Below, piece after piece: positions 24,901 to 37,432 of a stretch of 58,959 nucleotides of DNA. Below the pieces are notes generated by a model, which was given only the letters and a program-made list of their open reading frames with translations, searched no databases and was not told where the DNA came from. Position numbers and translations under genes: made by a program. Source of the stretch: Ancylonema sp. (lineage: Eukaryota); NCBI GenBank assembly GCA_050230475.1, contig JBFLGF010000201.1:1-58959 (forward strand), read 5' to 3'. Within the stretch, counting starts at the first letter, position 1, and each line of letters opens with the position of its first letter.

Positions 24901-27900
24901 GTACCAAGCTGGCCGACGAGGGGCACCCAAGGGTGGCAGAATCGGCCAGGGGTGCGGAGGGGGCAGGAGTAGCGCCGGAGGTGGAGGTCGAAGAGAAGGG
25001 GAGCCTTCTGGGGACTGGGGCAGGGGGGCCACCGCCTGCAGCCGCGGTTGGGATTGACGTGGGTGGGGCAGCAGAGGAAGGGAGGGAGCCAAGCACGGTG
25101 GGAAAGGCTGTGGAGGCGCTCTCGCTAGGGGCTGTGCCAGCTGGCGCGGTTTATGGCGGAACAGTGGGGGGGGAGAACGGGGAAGAGGGCGTCTCTCTCA
25201 CAGAGGGGGGGCAGGAGGCTCCACTGTTGACTGTGGACGCGTCCAAGTCTCTTCACGATTCGTACCTGGCCGAAACGCAGGCGGCCATGAGAGAGGTGGG
25301 GGCGTACAACAAAACATCGCCGAGGGAATTCTTCGCGTCCGAACCTGGGCCGGAGTCTGTGCCTGAGGAGGTGGTCAAGGCACACGCATTCAAGGGGAAG
25401 GAAGAGGAGGGGCCTCTGGTGGAGGGGAAGGGTGGCGAAGGGGTGGGGGCGGGGACGGGGGCGGGGGTGGGGGGACTGCGTGGGGGGGAAGGTGTGGGAG
25501 TAGTGGAGGCAATGGAGGAAGGTTCTGGGAAGGAGGCTGTGCCTGCGGAGGTCCAGCCCAAGGTTGAGGGCGTGGGGGGTGGTGTACTGGGGAGGGCCAT
25601 GGTGGGGATTGCAGTTGCAGCTGGGGCTGTGGGGGGGGTGGTGGGGGGGGCAGTTCATATGGGACAGAAGGCAGTTGGACAGTTGACAGGTGTCGCTGGA
25701 TCAAAGGCATCGCTGGAGAGAGTGCCTGTAGAGGAGGCAGGGAAGGAGGAGGTGGCTCCTGCCGGGATGGAGGTGACAGGTGGCAGTGTGGAGGAGGGAG
25801 GGGAGAAGAAGGGTGTGGTGGGCAGAACTCTGGGAGCAGCCGGGTTGGGGATTGTAGCTGCATCAGGGGCCGTGGGAGGAGTGGTGGCGGGGGTGACACA
25901 CTTCGGGCAAAAGGCAGGTGGCCACGCGCCAGCTGGCAGTACGGCAGCGCCCCCCCTGGAGACAGCTAGCGTCGCGAAAGGTGGGGAGGCCGAGTCCGTG
26001 GAGCCAGTAGGCATGGTGGCCAGATCCCCGGGAGCGGCAGCTGGGGCTGTGGGAGGGGTGGTGGGGGGGATGGCGCGGTTTGGACAGAAGTCCATGGGGC
26101 CTGTGCCAGCTGGCAGTGAACCAGAGGCACCCCTCCCCATTCTGGAAAAGAAGGGGGAGGAGAAGGAGGTCCTCCCTCAAGCCCAACCCCCAGTGACAGC
26201 TGGCGAGGAGAAGGAGAAGGAGGGGGTGGACCAGGGTCCCAAGCAGGGCGTGGTGGGGCGGTCCCTGGGAGCAGCGTCCCTGGGGATTGCAGCGGTGGCG
26301 GGGGCGGTTGGGGGAGCGGTGGCGGGGGCGGTCGGGCACGTGAAGGGGGGGGTCACCAACCTGCCCCTGCTCGCGGACACGTCAGCAGCCAAAGCGGAGC
26401 TTCCCCCGTCCGTGTTTGCGGACGCGTCCGAGCCTGTGCTGGCCGAGCACTCCGACCCCCCCGGGGTGGAGTCGTTCCTGGAGGAGTCGAAGCATGGGGG
26501 GGGGGGGTCGGGGATTGGGGGGGGGGAGGATCTGGAGCTGAGGGGGGGGGAGAAGGCAGAGGCGGAGGATATGGCTAAGGGGGCTCGACCTATCGTGGTA
26601 GAAGATGCCCCCGCCCTGGAGGAGGTGGGGGTGGAGCTGGAGAGGGCGCAGTCGGAGCTGTCAAAGAGCCGGCGGGTGGGGGCGGTTGGGGGGGATGCGG
26701 CTGGGAAGATGGGGAGGGGGGGGGGGGATGAGGAGGGTGGGGGGGGGACGCGCGCGCAGCTGAATGGGAAGGAGGGTGGGGAAGGAGGGGAGGAGGAGGA
26801 GGAGAGGTTTGAAGACGCGTTGGACACTGTGGAGCAAACCCAGAGCCAGAACCAGAGCTTCTATGACGCCAGCAATACGATTCTGGGGCGTGGGGCGGAA
26901 CACAAACCCGAGCCTGCGCAGGAGAAGGGGGGGGGGGGGGTGGCACTCGCCACAGCAACCGCGGTTGGAGCAGGCGGCCTGCTGGCAGCCGCAGGGCTGG
27001 GGGAGGTGGGCCAGAAGGCAGAAATCCCCCCTCTCAAAGAGGCAGAATTGGCACCCATCGTCTCTGAGCCCGACCCCAAGAAGGGGGATCACCATGGGGG
27101 GGTGTTGGGCGGGTTGGTGTCGGCTGTGGAGGGGCCAGCCTCTGAGTTGCTCAACATGCTGCCAGGGCACCACCATCAGCCGGAGAATGTGCTACCTGTC
27201 ACGCCCCTGGCGCCCGAGATTGAGAGGGAAACTGTGGTGGTCGAGGAAGCGGTCGTGGAGGTGGCACCAGAAATAGAACCAGAAGCAGAAGATAAAATCG
27301 AACAGGCCCTAGAGCCCTTATCTGAACCTGAATCCCTGTTTGAACCAGTGGCAGTAGAGGCTCCCATCCCCAGGGAGAAGCAGGTGGGGGTGGAGGAGAA
27401 GCTTGTGGAGACGTCAGCTGTCCACGAGAAGAGCGCAGTTGGGGGGGGGGGGATTGGAGCAGCGGCCCTCGCGGCAGCGACAGCTGTCGGGGCAGGCGGT
27501 CTGATGGCAAGTCTCGGGGGAGGAAAAGCGGAGGAGAAGGACGCCGCAGCGGAGCCCCTGGAGATCGGGGGGGAGAGCGGGTTTGAGAAGGCTGTTGGGA
27601 TGGGGGAGGTGGCGGTTGGGAGTGAGGGGTTGGCGGCTGGGAAGGTAGAAGTGGCGGGTGGGAGTGATGGGGTGGCGGTTGGGAAGGTGAAGGGGGGGAT
27701 TTCTGCCAAAGCCCACCCCCAGGAAGGTCCTAAGGGTCTCATTGCTGGGGCGTTGGCTGCGGTTGGGGAGGGGGCAGGGGCCATGCTTGCTAAACTGGGG
27801 CTGGGGCCTGCAGAGAGGGCTGGGGCAACAGTGGGAGGTGGGGAGGAGAAGGAAGAGGAGGTGGGGGGGGTACTTGGGGAGAAACCAAGTGCTGAGGTGG

Positions 27901-28652
27901 CACGTGTGACTCGAGGGGAGTCTACTGCTGAGGTGGCCTCGATTGCTGAGGTGGCGCCGGGAATAGAAGTGGGGTCTATTGCTGAGGTGGAACCAGGAAT
28001 AGAAGTGGGGTCTATTGCTGAGGTGGCACCAGGAATTGAGGTGGGATCTGCTGCTGAGGTGGCACCAAGAACTGAAGTGGGATCTATTGCTGAAGTGGCA
28101 CCAAGAACTGAAGTGGGATCCATTGCTGAGGTGGCACCGAAAATAGCTGTCATGGAGGCGAGCAGAGTGGGGTCGACCCCCCCGGCCAATACCGGTGTGC
28201 CAGCTGGCATACTTGAAAAGGATGCAGGGTCGTTGTGGGAGGAGCCCATCGCTCCCGCAGCTCTGGGAGGTTCCACCATGGCCGCCGCTGCCACGTCAGC
28301 AACAGCAGAGCGTGAGGTGGCATTGCCACAGGACCTCTCCGACCTTCCGAAGGCGACACCTGTCCTGGTGGCAGGGGGGGGTACCGCACCCGTCCTCGTG
28401 CCGGAGCTGGCTTCGCTACCCAAGGCGGAATCGGACCCGCTCCCGGAGGTGCATCCGGTTACCAAATCGGACCCAGTTCCGGAGGTGCGTTCGAGTTTCA
28501 CGCCCCTCCAGACGGACGCGTCCTCTTTTGCCGCCAAAGAGGCGCAGACTGCGGCGGCCACTCCTAGGAAGGAGGCACCCAAGGCCAAAGTGAAGAAGGA
28601 GGGGGGGGGGTTGTTTGCTTGCTGTATGGGGCCGCCCAAGACCCAGGATTGA
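21973..28652 (+). CDS. Giant (~2134 aa) acidic Gly/Ala/Glu/Val-rich repeat protein of unknown function with C-terminal Cys-Cys motif
   Basis: Exon 1 21973-22633 (gcag|gtgagc) and exon 2 22909-28652 (ttgcag|gt), phase 1. 5.7-kb stop-free exon with protein-level repeats. Ends RKEAPKAKVKKEGGGLFACCMGPPKTQD. Confidence 0.85.
27925..28140 (+). repeat. 36-bp coding tandem repeat (IAEVAPGIEVGS-type 12-mer), about 6 copies
   Basis: attgctgaggtggc...ggaatagaagtggggtct repeated in frame. Confidence 0.85.
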
Positions 28653-29282
28653 GGGGGGGAGTGAAGGGGGAGGGGGAGGGTAGAGGGTTGGGGTGGTTTG
28701 GGGATAGGGATGGGGAAGGCGATATCTTATTTGGTAGGCAGGCTGTGGGTGGTGTAGGTGCAATAATGGAAATAATGTGGTGGCAACCGTCATTAGATTG
28801 GAGTGATGAAGAGTGATAAGTACGGAAGTGGGTAGAGAGTCACAATTGTAGGAGAATGGATCGGATGTGGTAAAACTCATGGCCTCATAAACTTCTACCC
28901 ATGTCTCATCTTGGGAATGTCTCCTAATTGTCTTTGTTCACGTCATAATGGGTCCCCGAGCCGGAAAATATATGCATGCGGGCTCGGAGTCGGAGTCGGA
29001 GTGCGCTCGCGTCAGCTCGAAACTGGGCCCCCAAAATCCGCGACAGAGCTGGACACAGAGGGTAAAGCAAGTGGTAGCCCCGCCCCCCGCCAAGCGGTGG
29101 ATTATTATGCCTGCGTAATAATGTTTCATAACACCTTGTCTTCCGATTCCCATAATGTGAGAATAACTTTAAGCTACGATACAGAATCTTTCATTGTCCA
29201 AAAAAATACCGGATCCGAAGCACACAATCTCTCCAGTAACCATCATAATATCGTTACTATACATCGATTTTAGGGTTAAAGT

Positions 29283-31924
29283 GTAGTTCTATCGATTTCG
29301 TCGTTTTGCCCGTCGATATGATGGTGACGTTAATTGGGAGACGTGGCACACGTGTCGATAAGAGTAGGCAAGGCGTCGATAAGATTAGGTGACTTGGCAC
29401 AATACTTGAAAACGATTGGTGTTGATGTAATAGTTCGATCAGCATAGATCTTTGACTAGGAGGGGGCATGGATTACACTCGACTCTACAAGGTCTGGCCT
29501 TGCATGCAAAATTATATTATCAGACTTTCTACTTCAAGCTTACACTTTTGTTGTGTCTAATGACGTGATCTGTCGATTCAAGAGTTGTTTGAAAGAGTTG
29601 GGCTTTATTCTTGCATCGATGGGAGAAGAAAGCACTCACAGTGGTATCAGAGCAAGATGCTGCATCTTGGATAGAGATAAAGTCCCTTTTTCAGACATGG
29701 AGATCTAAGGCCTCAGCGATCCTTGACGATGGTGACTGCCTTGAGATCTGCAAGGGCACAGAGATGGAACCAGAAGAGGTGTTTGCAAGATATGATGATG
29801 AGCACTGGCCGATAAACGAAGCTGAAATGGACTAGTACTCAGTCGATGTCAAGAGTTTTCACAAAAGGACAAAGAAGGTGGTGATGCTGCTTGTAAGTGT
29901 CACTTGTAAGTGAAGACATCGTGACAGTTCTTGAGCAATATGAGAGAGATCCGAAAGGTATGTGGGACTATCTGAAGGAAGAGATTGATAAAGTGACGCC
30001 AGAACTTCGGTAGCTTGCAAAGGAGAAGCTCAATTCTTTCAAAGTGGATGAGAAGCAATCAGTCCGTAACATAAAGAAAGAGTTCCTGTCGATTATGAGA
30101 TAGTGCACGAATCAAAAATACAAAGTAAGTGAGGAAGACCAGGTGATGACACTGTTTGGTGGAATGGCAAGAACCAAATATGGTTTGCTGAAGAGGGTGT
30201 ACTATGGACATAAAGAGGCCACTAGAATCAAGTGGATCTAGGCACAGATGGGAGTCAATGAGCTGGATGACAAGAAAGAGCAGGGAGTAAGAGATGATGA
30301 AGCACTCGTGGCTAAAGCACACTATGCAAAATGGACAGCCCAAAAAAATCTTACAGATCGAAGCGGAGGTGGTGGTGTCGATGGTCACGGAAGTAGAAAT
30401 GCTGAAAGTCGAAATTTCAACGCAGGCCGTGGGAGCAGAGGTGACGTGCGGTTTGGATTCGGCCGCCCGGAATAATGTACTTCATACTTTACCCTGGTAT
30501 TTCTCAGATGATTGTCAAAATGATGCATGTGGAAATGCCCGCGGTGGTGTACTGATGATGTTAACTGCATTGGTATCGATGATGGTCTGAGGTGGTTGAA
30601 AGGTCTCTTGTGGACTTGGTGGTCCGGCTGCTCTCACTCCCCCCCCCCAGCTGTGGAACGCTCGTGAAGGAGCTGGGAAACAGCAGCAGACGAGTTGGTG
30701 TAAGAACATGAAGAAAGTACGACGTGGTTGTGGGGCAGTACTGTGGGGTGAGGCTGCGAATTCTGAAAGCAAAAAGAAAGGTGTTCAAAAGTTTGTTCCT
30801 GGTGTTGTAGCAAGGGGAGCTGAGACAAAACTTTAGGGACAGTGGCTGAGGCTGTAACCGGCCCTGCCAAATCTGAGTGGCAAACAACAATGGCAGCAGA
30901 AATGAAAGAAAAAGGGGTCGATCAGATTTTCGACATATCAACAAGAAGGTAAGTTAGTGATTTCCAGTGGGTGTTCAAGGTGATGTTCGATGCAGATGGG
31001 TGAGTTGGAAAGTTGAAAGCTAGGGTAGTAGCTGACGATGATGATATGTGTTCTTTGGAGGTCGCCCAGATCTGGCAGCAACTCTCACTTCTTTAGGTTG
31101 CTACAATCAGAACACGAAGATGCAACATTGGGAGGGGGCACCAAGGGCATTGGCATACCATAAGGCAAGTGACCCTTTGAATGATAAGAATCAAGAAGTG
31201 GGGGACATGACTATTATGCTCTTGACTGAAGCTGGTGATAATGATGAAACTCGCAAAAGCAAGGAACTTGTGAGCTCGGAAAGCCGTCTGTTCATGGAGT
31301 TGGATTGATGTGCGGGTTGAAGACCAGTTTGATGATCTCTTGAAGCTTTTGATGTCTATGCAAATGAAGACGCAGACCTGTAGGGATTGAATAGTTTCTT
31401 TTGATTGTATAGTTTCTTGGTCTTGATCTTTCCTTGCTAATCTAAGTTTTGGTTTTCGATATCGTTGTTTATCGTTTTTGGAGGGGGGGGGGGAAAGTTC
31501 CCTGGGAGGGGGTGTTAGTTTGGGTTTGTGAACTTTTGTCTTTATATCGAGTTTAGTTTTGTCGATTTCGTCGTTTTGCCCGTCGATATGATGGTGACGT
31601 TAATTGGCAGACGTGGCAGAAGTGTCGATAAGAGTAGGCAACGTGTTGATAAGATTGGGTGATTTGGCAAAATACTTGATTACGATTGGTGTTGACTTAC
31701 TAGTTCGATCAGTAGAGATCTTTGACTAGGAGGGGGCATGGATCACACTCGACTGTACAACGTCTGGCCTTGCATGCAGAATTATGTAATCAGACTTTCT
31801 ACTTCAAGCTTACACTTTTGTTGTATCTACGCTTGTAATGACGTGATCTGTCGATTCAAGAGTTGTTTGAGAGAGATGTGCTTTATTCTTGCATCGATGA
31901 CTGACGAAAGCACTCACAGTAACA
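29283..31924 (+). mobile_element. Internally deleted Ty1/Copia LTR retrotransposon
   Basis: Direct repeats ~29283-29640 (5' end unclear) and 31513-31924 (TGTTA...TAACA). PBS TGGTATCAGAGC at 29642-29653, PPT gggagggggg before 31513. Degenerate gag (WRSKASAILD...QMGVNELDD) and RT/RNase H remnant (RPDLAA...HWEG). No TSD found. Confidence 0.85.
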
Positions 31925-33019
31925 CCTGCTTGGCAGAGGACGATTTGTACTTAGTCGCATTTCGATATTTCGTTTTTGCCAGGCGGCGAGCCGGCGTGAC
32001 CCACTATGGTTCACGTGTTATCATTCAGAAACTTCCCTTTATTTTCAGTCTTGATATCCAGCATAATACCGAGCACATAGTTTGGCCCATAGTTTGGCCC
32101 GACCTTCCCCAATCTGAAAGAATCTCAACGAATGACAGAATGAAAGAATCTGAAAGAATCTCAATCTCCGATCTGGCTCGTAGCCAATGTAGACCCGATC
32201 CAAATCGGCGCCGGATGGGAGACCACCTGACTAGATTGGGCCCAAATTAGGGGTTGGGGGGGGGAAGAGCGGGACAATGTTGACTATTTCTGAATTTAAT
32301 TGCACATGCTGTACCGGCCAGAGATAATGCGTCAGAAATACCGTTTTGTCTGCCACACACTTGTTTGACGCAAACTATTTTTTTTATTTTGACTGCGCTG
32401 GTGCACCCGTTTGGCGCAGATATATAATTTAAATTGACGACTATGAACGACTATGGCGTATGAAACTTGATATATAATATATATATAATCTCGTAATCGA
32501 GAATAGTGGCTCCTGGCCATGACTTGCGGAACCGAGGGCTTGTGGATGAAGAGCGGTCGGCTCATATTCTACTCTACTGCCTTGCAGGTACCTCTTATAC
32601 AATGAATTACATAATCAATATAATTTATATTCGTCAATCAAGTCCGCATGTCTTGAAACCCGTGTGGGAAATAATATATGCCTTGTGATCGTATCTTGTA
32701 GCATTACACAAATACCTTAAACTAAATCAGAAGTGCACGCAAACATTACTTTATGAGAGTACATGAGTACTATACAAATCATGTGTGTACCAATGCAAAA
32801 TGTGTGAAAAGAGGGGGAGGACGTGGTACGTATACAAATTTCAGCGAGGCTCGTGACTTTTTTTGTTTTTCATCCGTTACTAGCTTGGACAACTTGACAA
32901 CTTGACATTATCAAAGGATACACAATAAAAAACACCACACAATATTTTTGGCCTCCAAGGACGCACTCCGACCCTGAGTTGGGTCCTCGGGTTGGCATCC
33001 CCTCACCATGATTCTCTCA

Positions 33020-34557
33020 TTATACAACATTATTATGGACCCATCGTAAAACGGGCGGGTCATAGCCCGCTCGCAAACGCCCTTCTGCTATTTCACTATC
33101 AAACGAGTACGTGCCTCCACATCTTCTTGGTCCCGCGATATAGACTTCTGTTTTTTGGCACACTAATTTATCAACAATGCCTAGAATACCATGATCCAAA
33201 GTTTCGACCGACTGGTCCAACCCCTGCCATGTGATAGGATGGAATTCCCGAATTATTTGTTCTGCAACTGACTTGACAACAACAGCAGAGTCTGTACCAA
33301 GGTACCACAACTTATAAGGCTTGAGGGAAGTGAACGAGAAGTCACTTGCAACGTATAGATTTTTTAACTCCAACTTTTTGAACTCACTTTTCATATATTG
33401 CAATGCTTCAGAGGTACACGCAACCAAACGACTGTGAGTAGTTTGGCTATCGTCCAACTCTGGCTGCGTCAAGGTCAGCCACTCGAATCTAAAATGTACC
33501 GCCGCGGACTTTGGCCCAAGAGATTCCAAGATTGACCTTGCTTTCGCATGTAGTTGTGGAGCGTATGTGATGGCCGCCAAACTGTCACTCAGATTTCCGT
33601 GGTGCAGATGGCTTGTGATGGCTTCGAAGGTCCCCTTGTTTATGACAAGCAAGTCCACGTTGTGCAACCACTCATCCTCCCCATTCTTCGACTTGTAAGT
33701 CACCGCTCGACATCCCAACATTCCATCTTTCTTGCATGTCCGATATTCGTTCTTGGAATCCCACAATACTCCATGGGTGATCACCATGAGGGGAATGATG
33801 GATTTCCCACCTTGCCCCGGACTTGCACAAAAATCATCTGTGCCGCTCGCCACACATAGAAAGCGCACTACTGGCTTCTGTCCCAACCGTATCGATGCTC
33901 GGAGATGGAAATCGAACGTGACCCATCGTACTTTCTCCGTGAGTCGTTTGATGTCGAAATAGGCGCAGTACGGCAAAGCACCATACATTATAATAGTGCT
34001 CCCCCCAACACGGGGCAGTATAAGGGTTCTGTTGAGAGAGTTGGCAAGCACCACAAGCTCTGCGAGATGGAGGCGAGCCCTCGATAGTTGTTCGGGGAAA
34101 TAGTATACAGCCACAAACTTTGTTCCCAAAAACTCTTCATCAGTCTGCATGTAGTCAATCGAGAGGGCGAAAGAAGGGGGATCAGTTGGAAGATAAGAAT
34201 GCGCACAGGGAAGAGATCATAATGGGATCGCAAAGCTCGCGTAGTGGCATCGTCCTGTACAGGGAGAAGGCTTACCATAGGATGTGAAGTGTCTCCCATG
34301 GCCTCGCCACAGGCCGTGCTATCCAGACTCGATAGATTCTCGACACTATTTGGAAGGTCGTCCCCCGGCCCCCCATCTCCCCATCGCCGCGACCAGGATA
34401 GCTGAGGAAGTGGGCAAAACGCCTTCAACAGCTCCTTGAAGTTGGAAGGAATCTCAGATGTCTGGTATTTCTTCGAGGGGAAGAGCTTGCGCACCTCCAT
34501 TTCCCACTCGGGACTACACGCCATGCCGCGCGGTGCAGCACTCGAAGTGTGTGACAT
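33020..34557 (-). CDS. O-fucosyltransferase-family glycosyltransferase; 5' end uncertain
   Basis: Large exon 34144-33020 (EQLSRARLHL...LNRTLILP, AVHFRFE, NLYVASD, GILGIVDKLVC...CG) joined phase 0 to an exon ending at 34276. First usable ATG at 34557. An upstream in-frame ATG (34689) is cut off by TGA at 34626-34624. Confidence 0.75.
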
Positions 34558-34758
34558 GGGGACAGACAAGGAGGTGTTTTGAAGCCCACGTGACTCTGTG
34601 CGTTCCGCAAAGAATGGAGAAGGTCATGAGCAGGAAATTCTAAGGTAGATTAGGGGGTAGAAGAAGAAACCAGACGACTGCAGTGCCATCGGTAGACAGG
34701 GCGCCGAGACGCCGCGCAGCGCGTAGGGAAAGCCGACCTGTGAACAACCAGTAGTGAG

Positions 34759-35150
34759 CCTAGATGTACACGCCCGTCAAAATCTCCGCCGAGCGGCGCC
34801 CGCGGGCGGTACTATCCGCGGGCGAAACGCGGGCGAAAGTGTCCACGTGGCGCACGGGTATATAGAGTTTTTTTTGGGGTTCTGGTGTTTTCAGTTTTTA
34901 AAACTCCACATTGATCGGAATAAAAAGTGCTAATATCGACAAAATAGTTTCATCCACATGTTTTTTTTTTTTTTTAATAGAATATCATAAAACGTCTAGA
35001 AGCTATGCTTTTTTGAACTTGCTTTCTTAAAATCCCGAAATTCAGCGCGCCCGGAACGGACGGCCGGGCGGTGCCGGCGGGCGGCACTAACCGCGGGCGG
35101 AGGCGGGCGGAAAAATCCCCGCCCACGGGCGGGTAGTAATACTATCTATG
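34759..35150. mobile_element. hAT-like MITE
   Basis: Perfect 8-bp TSD gtagtgag (34751-34758 and 35151-35158), short imperfect TIR cctagat/atctatg, subterminal GCGGGCG repeats at both ends. Confidence 0.8.
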
Positions 35151-35170
35151 GTAGTGAGGGTGGTGTTTTA

Positions 35171-36032
35171 CAGTCTCACCTCGATATAGATACCCCCGTT
35201 ATTGCCCTCGTTACACCCTCGTCAAATCTTTCCTAACGATCTTTGCCGCTCTATTTTTAACATTCAAACCCCGATTTCCGGGGGAAAAGTTTCTTATAGC
35301 GAATGCTCCTTATGTATACAGTAAACCCTTGATATAGTGACAATTTTATAGACAGTGGAAATTAATGTCACCATATCGAATGCCATGGGTGTCACTATAC
35401 ACTTATAGTGACATTTGATAGGGAGACATTGGGCGAACGTCACTATATCGAAGGAAAGTGATATTTAGGTTACTTTGAGCTAACATATCGGGTGCGCAAC
35501 GGTTTATATTGAATGAGGTAGGTCATTTAAATGGCTTTTTTTATAACATCTGCTCGCTACAAGAAAATATATATGAATGAATAATGACTGAATCTGTATA
35601 AAATATTTATTTAGACAAGTTACTAATTTACACGTCAGATTTTGGGTGTGAACCTTACCCCGGGCAAACATATTGTTAATAGATTGGAGAGGTTATTAAT
35701 TTGCACGAGGTTAATTTAGACAGTTTTCACTCTATAGTGACATCTCAATAGTAACATCTGCGAATTTTTGGTCACTATAACGTGTGTCACTATAGCGATT
35801 GTCACTATATAGAGTTGGTTTTTATATAGGATTATAAAAAGGGCAAAAAAAATGTCACTATATCGTGATTGTCACTATATCAAGTGTCACTATATCAAGG
35901 GTTTACTGTATCCACATTTTGACTGCAAAATCGCAAAAAAAATATCAAATTGTTTTCATATAGCAAAGATAGTACCAACAAAGTTCGATCGAAGATTATA
36001 CTAACAAAGTGTGTGATATCGAGGTTTGAGTG
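35171..36032. mobile_element. Older Tc1/mariner-type MITE hosting the 35319 element
   Basis: ta|cagtctcacctcgata at left versus tatcgaggtttgagtg|ta at right (imperfect TIR, TA flanks). Confidence 0.55.
35319..35908. mobile_element. Tc1/mariner(pogo)-type MITE
   Basis: Perfect TIR cagtaaacccttgatatagtgaca / tgtcactatatcaagggtttactg, TA on both sides, internal GTCACTATA repeats. Confidence 0.9.
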
Positions 36033-36381
36033 TATACGGACGTACCCTCGATATAGAGATCCGGGAAAAACTTTGATTCAACTATCGGAAGGCTTTCTAT
36101 AATAGGATATATGATTTGTTTTTTTCGCGTTAAACGGTGAATAAAAAAACATTTTCCCCCCTTCTAGAGAAAAAGGGAATAAATTGAAGTACTCTATTTT
36201 TTAGTTTGTTTTATTTTGCTACCTATTCGACCCTTCCAGGCAGGGTTGTCCAACGTAAAAAAATAAAGCAATTTAAGAGCCTTAATTAAGGTATTTAAGT
36301 GAAGGTTTTATACCCCTTGGATTTTCGGACCCGGATCCATAAAATGTGGTTCCTTAAAAACGCTTAAAAATGCCACGTAAC

Positions 36382-36857
36382 TAGGGATGCGCTCCCCCGT
36401 CCCCCGGGTCCCCCGTCCCCCGTCCTCTTACGGGGGATCCACCGTCCCCGTCTACTCAAATTACGGGGGAAAACGCGGGACGCAAACGCAGGCTGGGAAA
36501 ACGGGGGAATCGGGGGATGCGGGGGAAGAAACGGGGGAGACGGGAGAATTACGGGGGACACGGGGGAGCCTACGGGGGGGGATGGGTCTTGAATCTGGGC
36601 CAGAAACACGCCACATTCTGGGTTGCCAACCGTTTTGTCCTCCGTGCCCCCCGTTTTCCCACGTTTCCTCCTTCGTGTCCCCCGTTGTCCCCCGATTAGC
36701 CCCCCGTTTCCCCCGTTTTCCCCCGCGTCCCCCGTATACGACAGTTGCGGCTGGGATTTTCCCAACCGCGGTCGGTCCCCCGTATACGGGGGAGGCGGAC
36801 GGGGGACGGGGGAGTCCACCGCCCCCGATTGATTTCAAACGGGGGAGCGCATCCCTA
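36382..36857. mobile_element. GC-rich hAT-like MITE
   Basis: 17-bp TIR tagggatgcgctccccc / gggggagcgcatcccta, TSD cacgtaac / cacgtagc, many TCCCC/ACGGGG subterminal motifs. Confidence 0.9.
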
Positions 36858-37432
36858 CACGTAGCCACTTAGGCTACAGACCAACTGAAGTGCAGATCGT
36901 CTATTTCGTTCGACTGCCTCATTCCTTAGCCCTAGTTTATCGTCTAATCGTATGCCTTTTTTGGTTCAAGAGTTGTTGTTTGGAGAGTTAGAGTCTATCG
37001 ATTACCGTAGTGGTCACTAGGGTTGTCGACACCGCCCAACCGCCCTACTCCCTACCGTTTCACCACGGTAGCTACCGATGCTCAAATATGGAGTAGGGGG
37101 TAGGGAAATTAGCCCAACCGCGGTTGGCTCGGTAGGGGGTAGGGCGGTAGGATATAATCGGTAGGGAACGGTAGGGAACGGCAGGGATCGGTAGGGAACG
37201 GTAGGGAACAGTAGGTACTCGAATATTTCCGGTACTTTTTTTTTTTTTTGTCGCAAATGATTTCTTTGACTTTACGCTGTTAAAAAAAAAAAACCTCTAC
37301 CGTTTCCTACCGCTCCCTACCGTGTTCCTACCGATTTCCCTACCGCCTACCGCCGCGCTACCCCCGACCGATGCCCAGCCCGAGTGAATCCAAAATCGGT
37401 AGTAAGTGGTAGGGGGAGAATACCGTGGTGGA

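Noticed and set aside
22110..28880. Many long Pro/Ser-rich - strand and off-frame ORFs
   Set aside because: Shadows of the GC-rich giant-protein exons, with no independent motifs.
36364..36872. Four overlapping 60-160-aa ORFs
   Set aside because: Stop-poor GC-rich MITE sequence with no transposase motifs.
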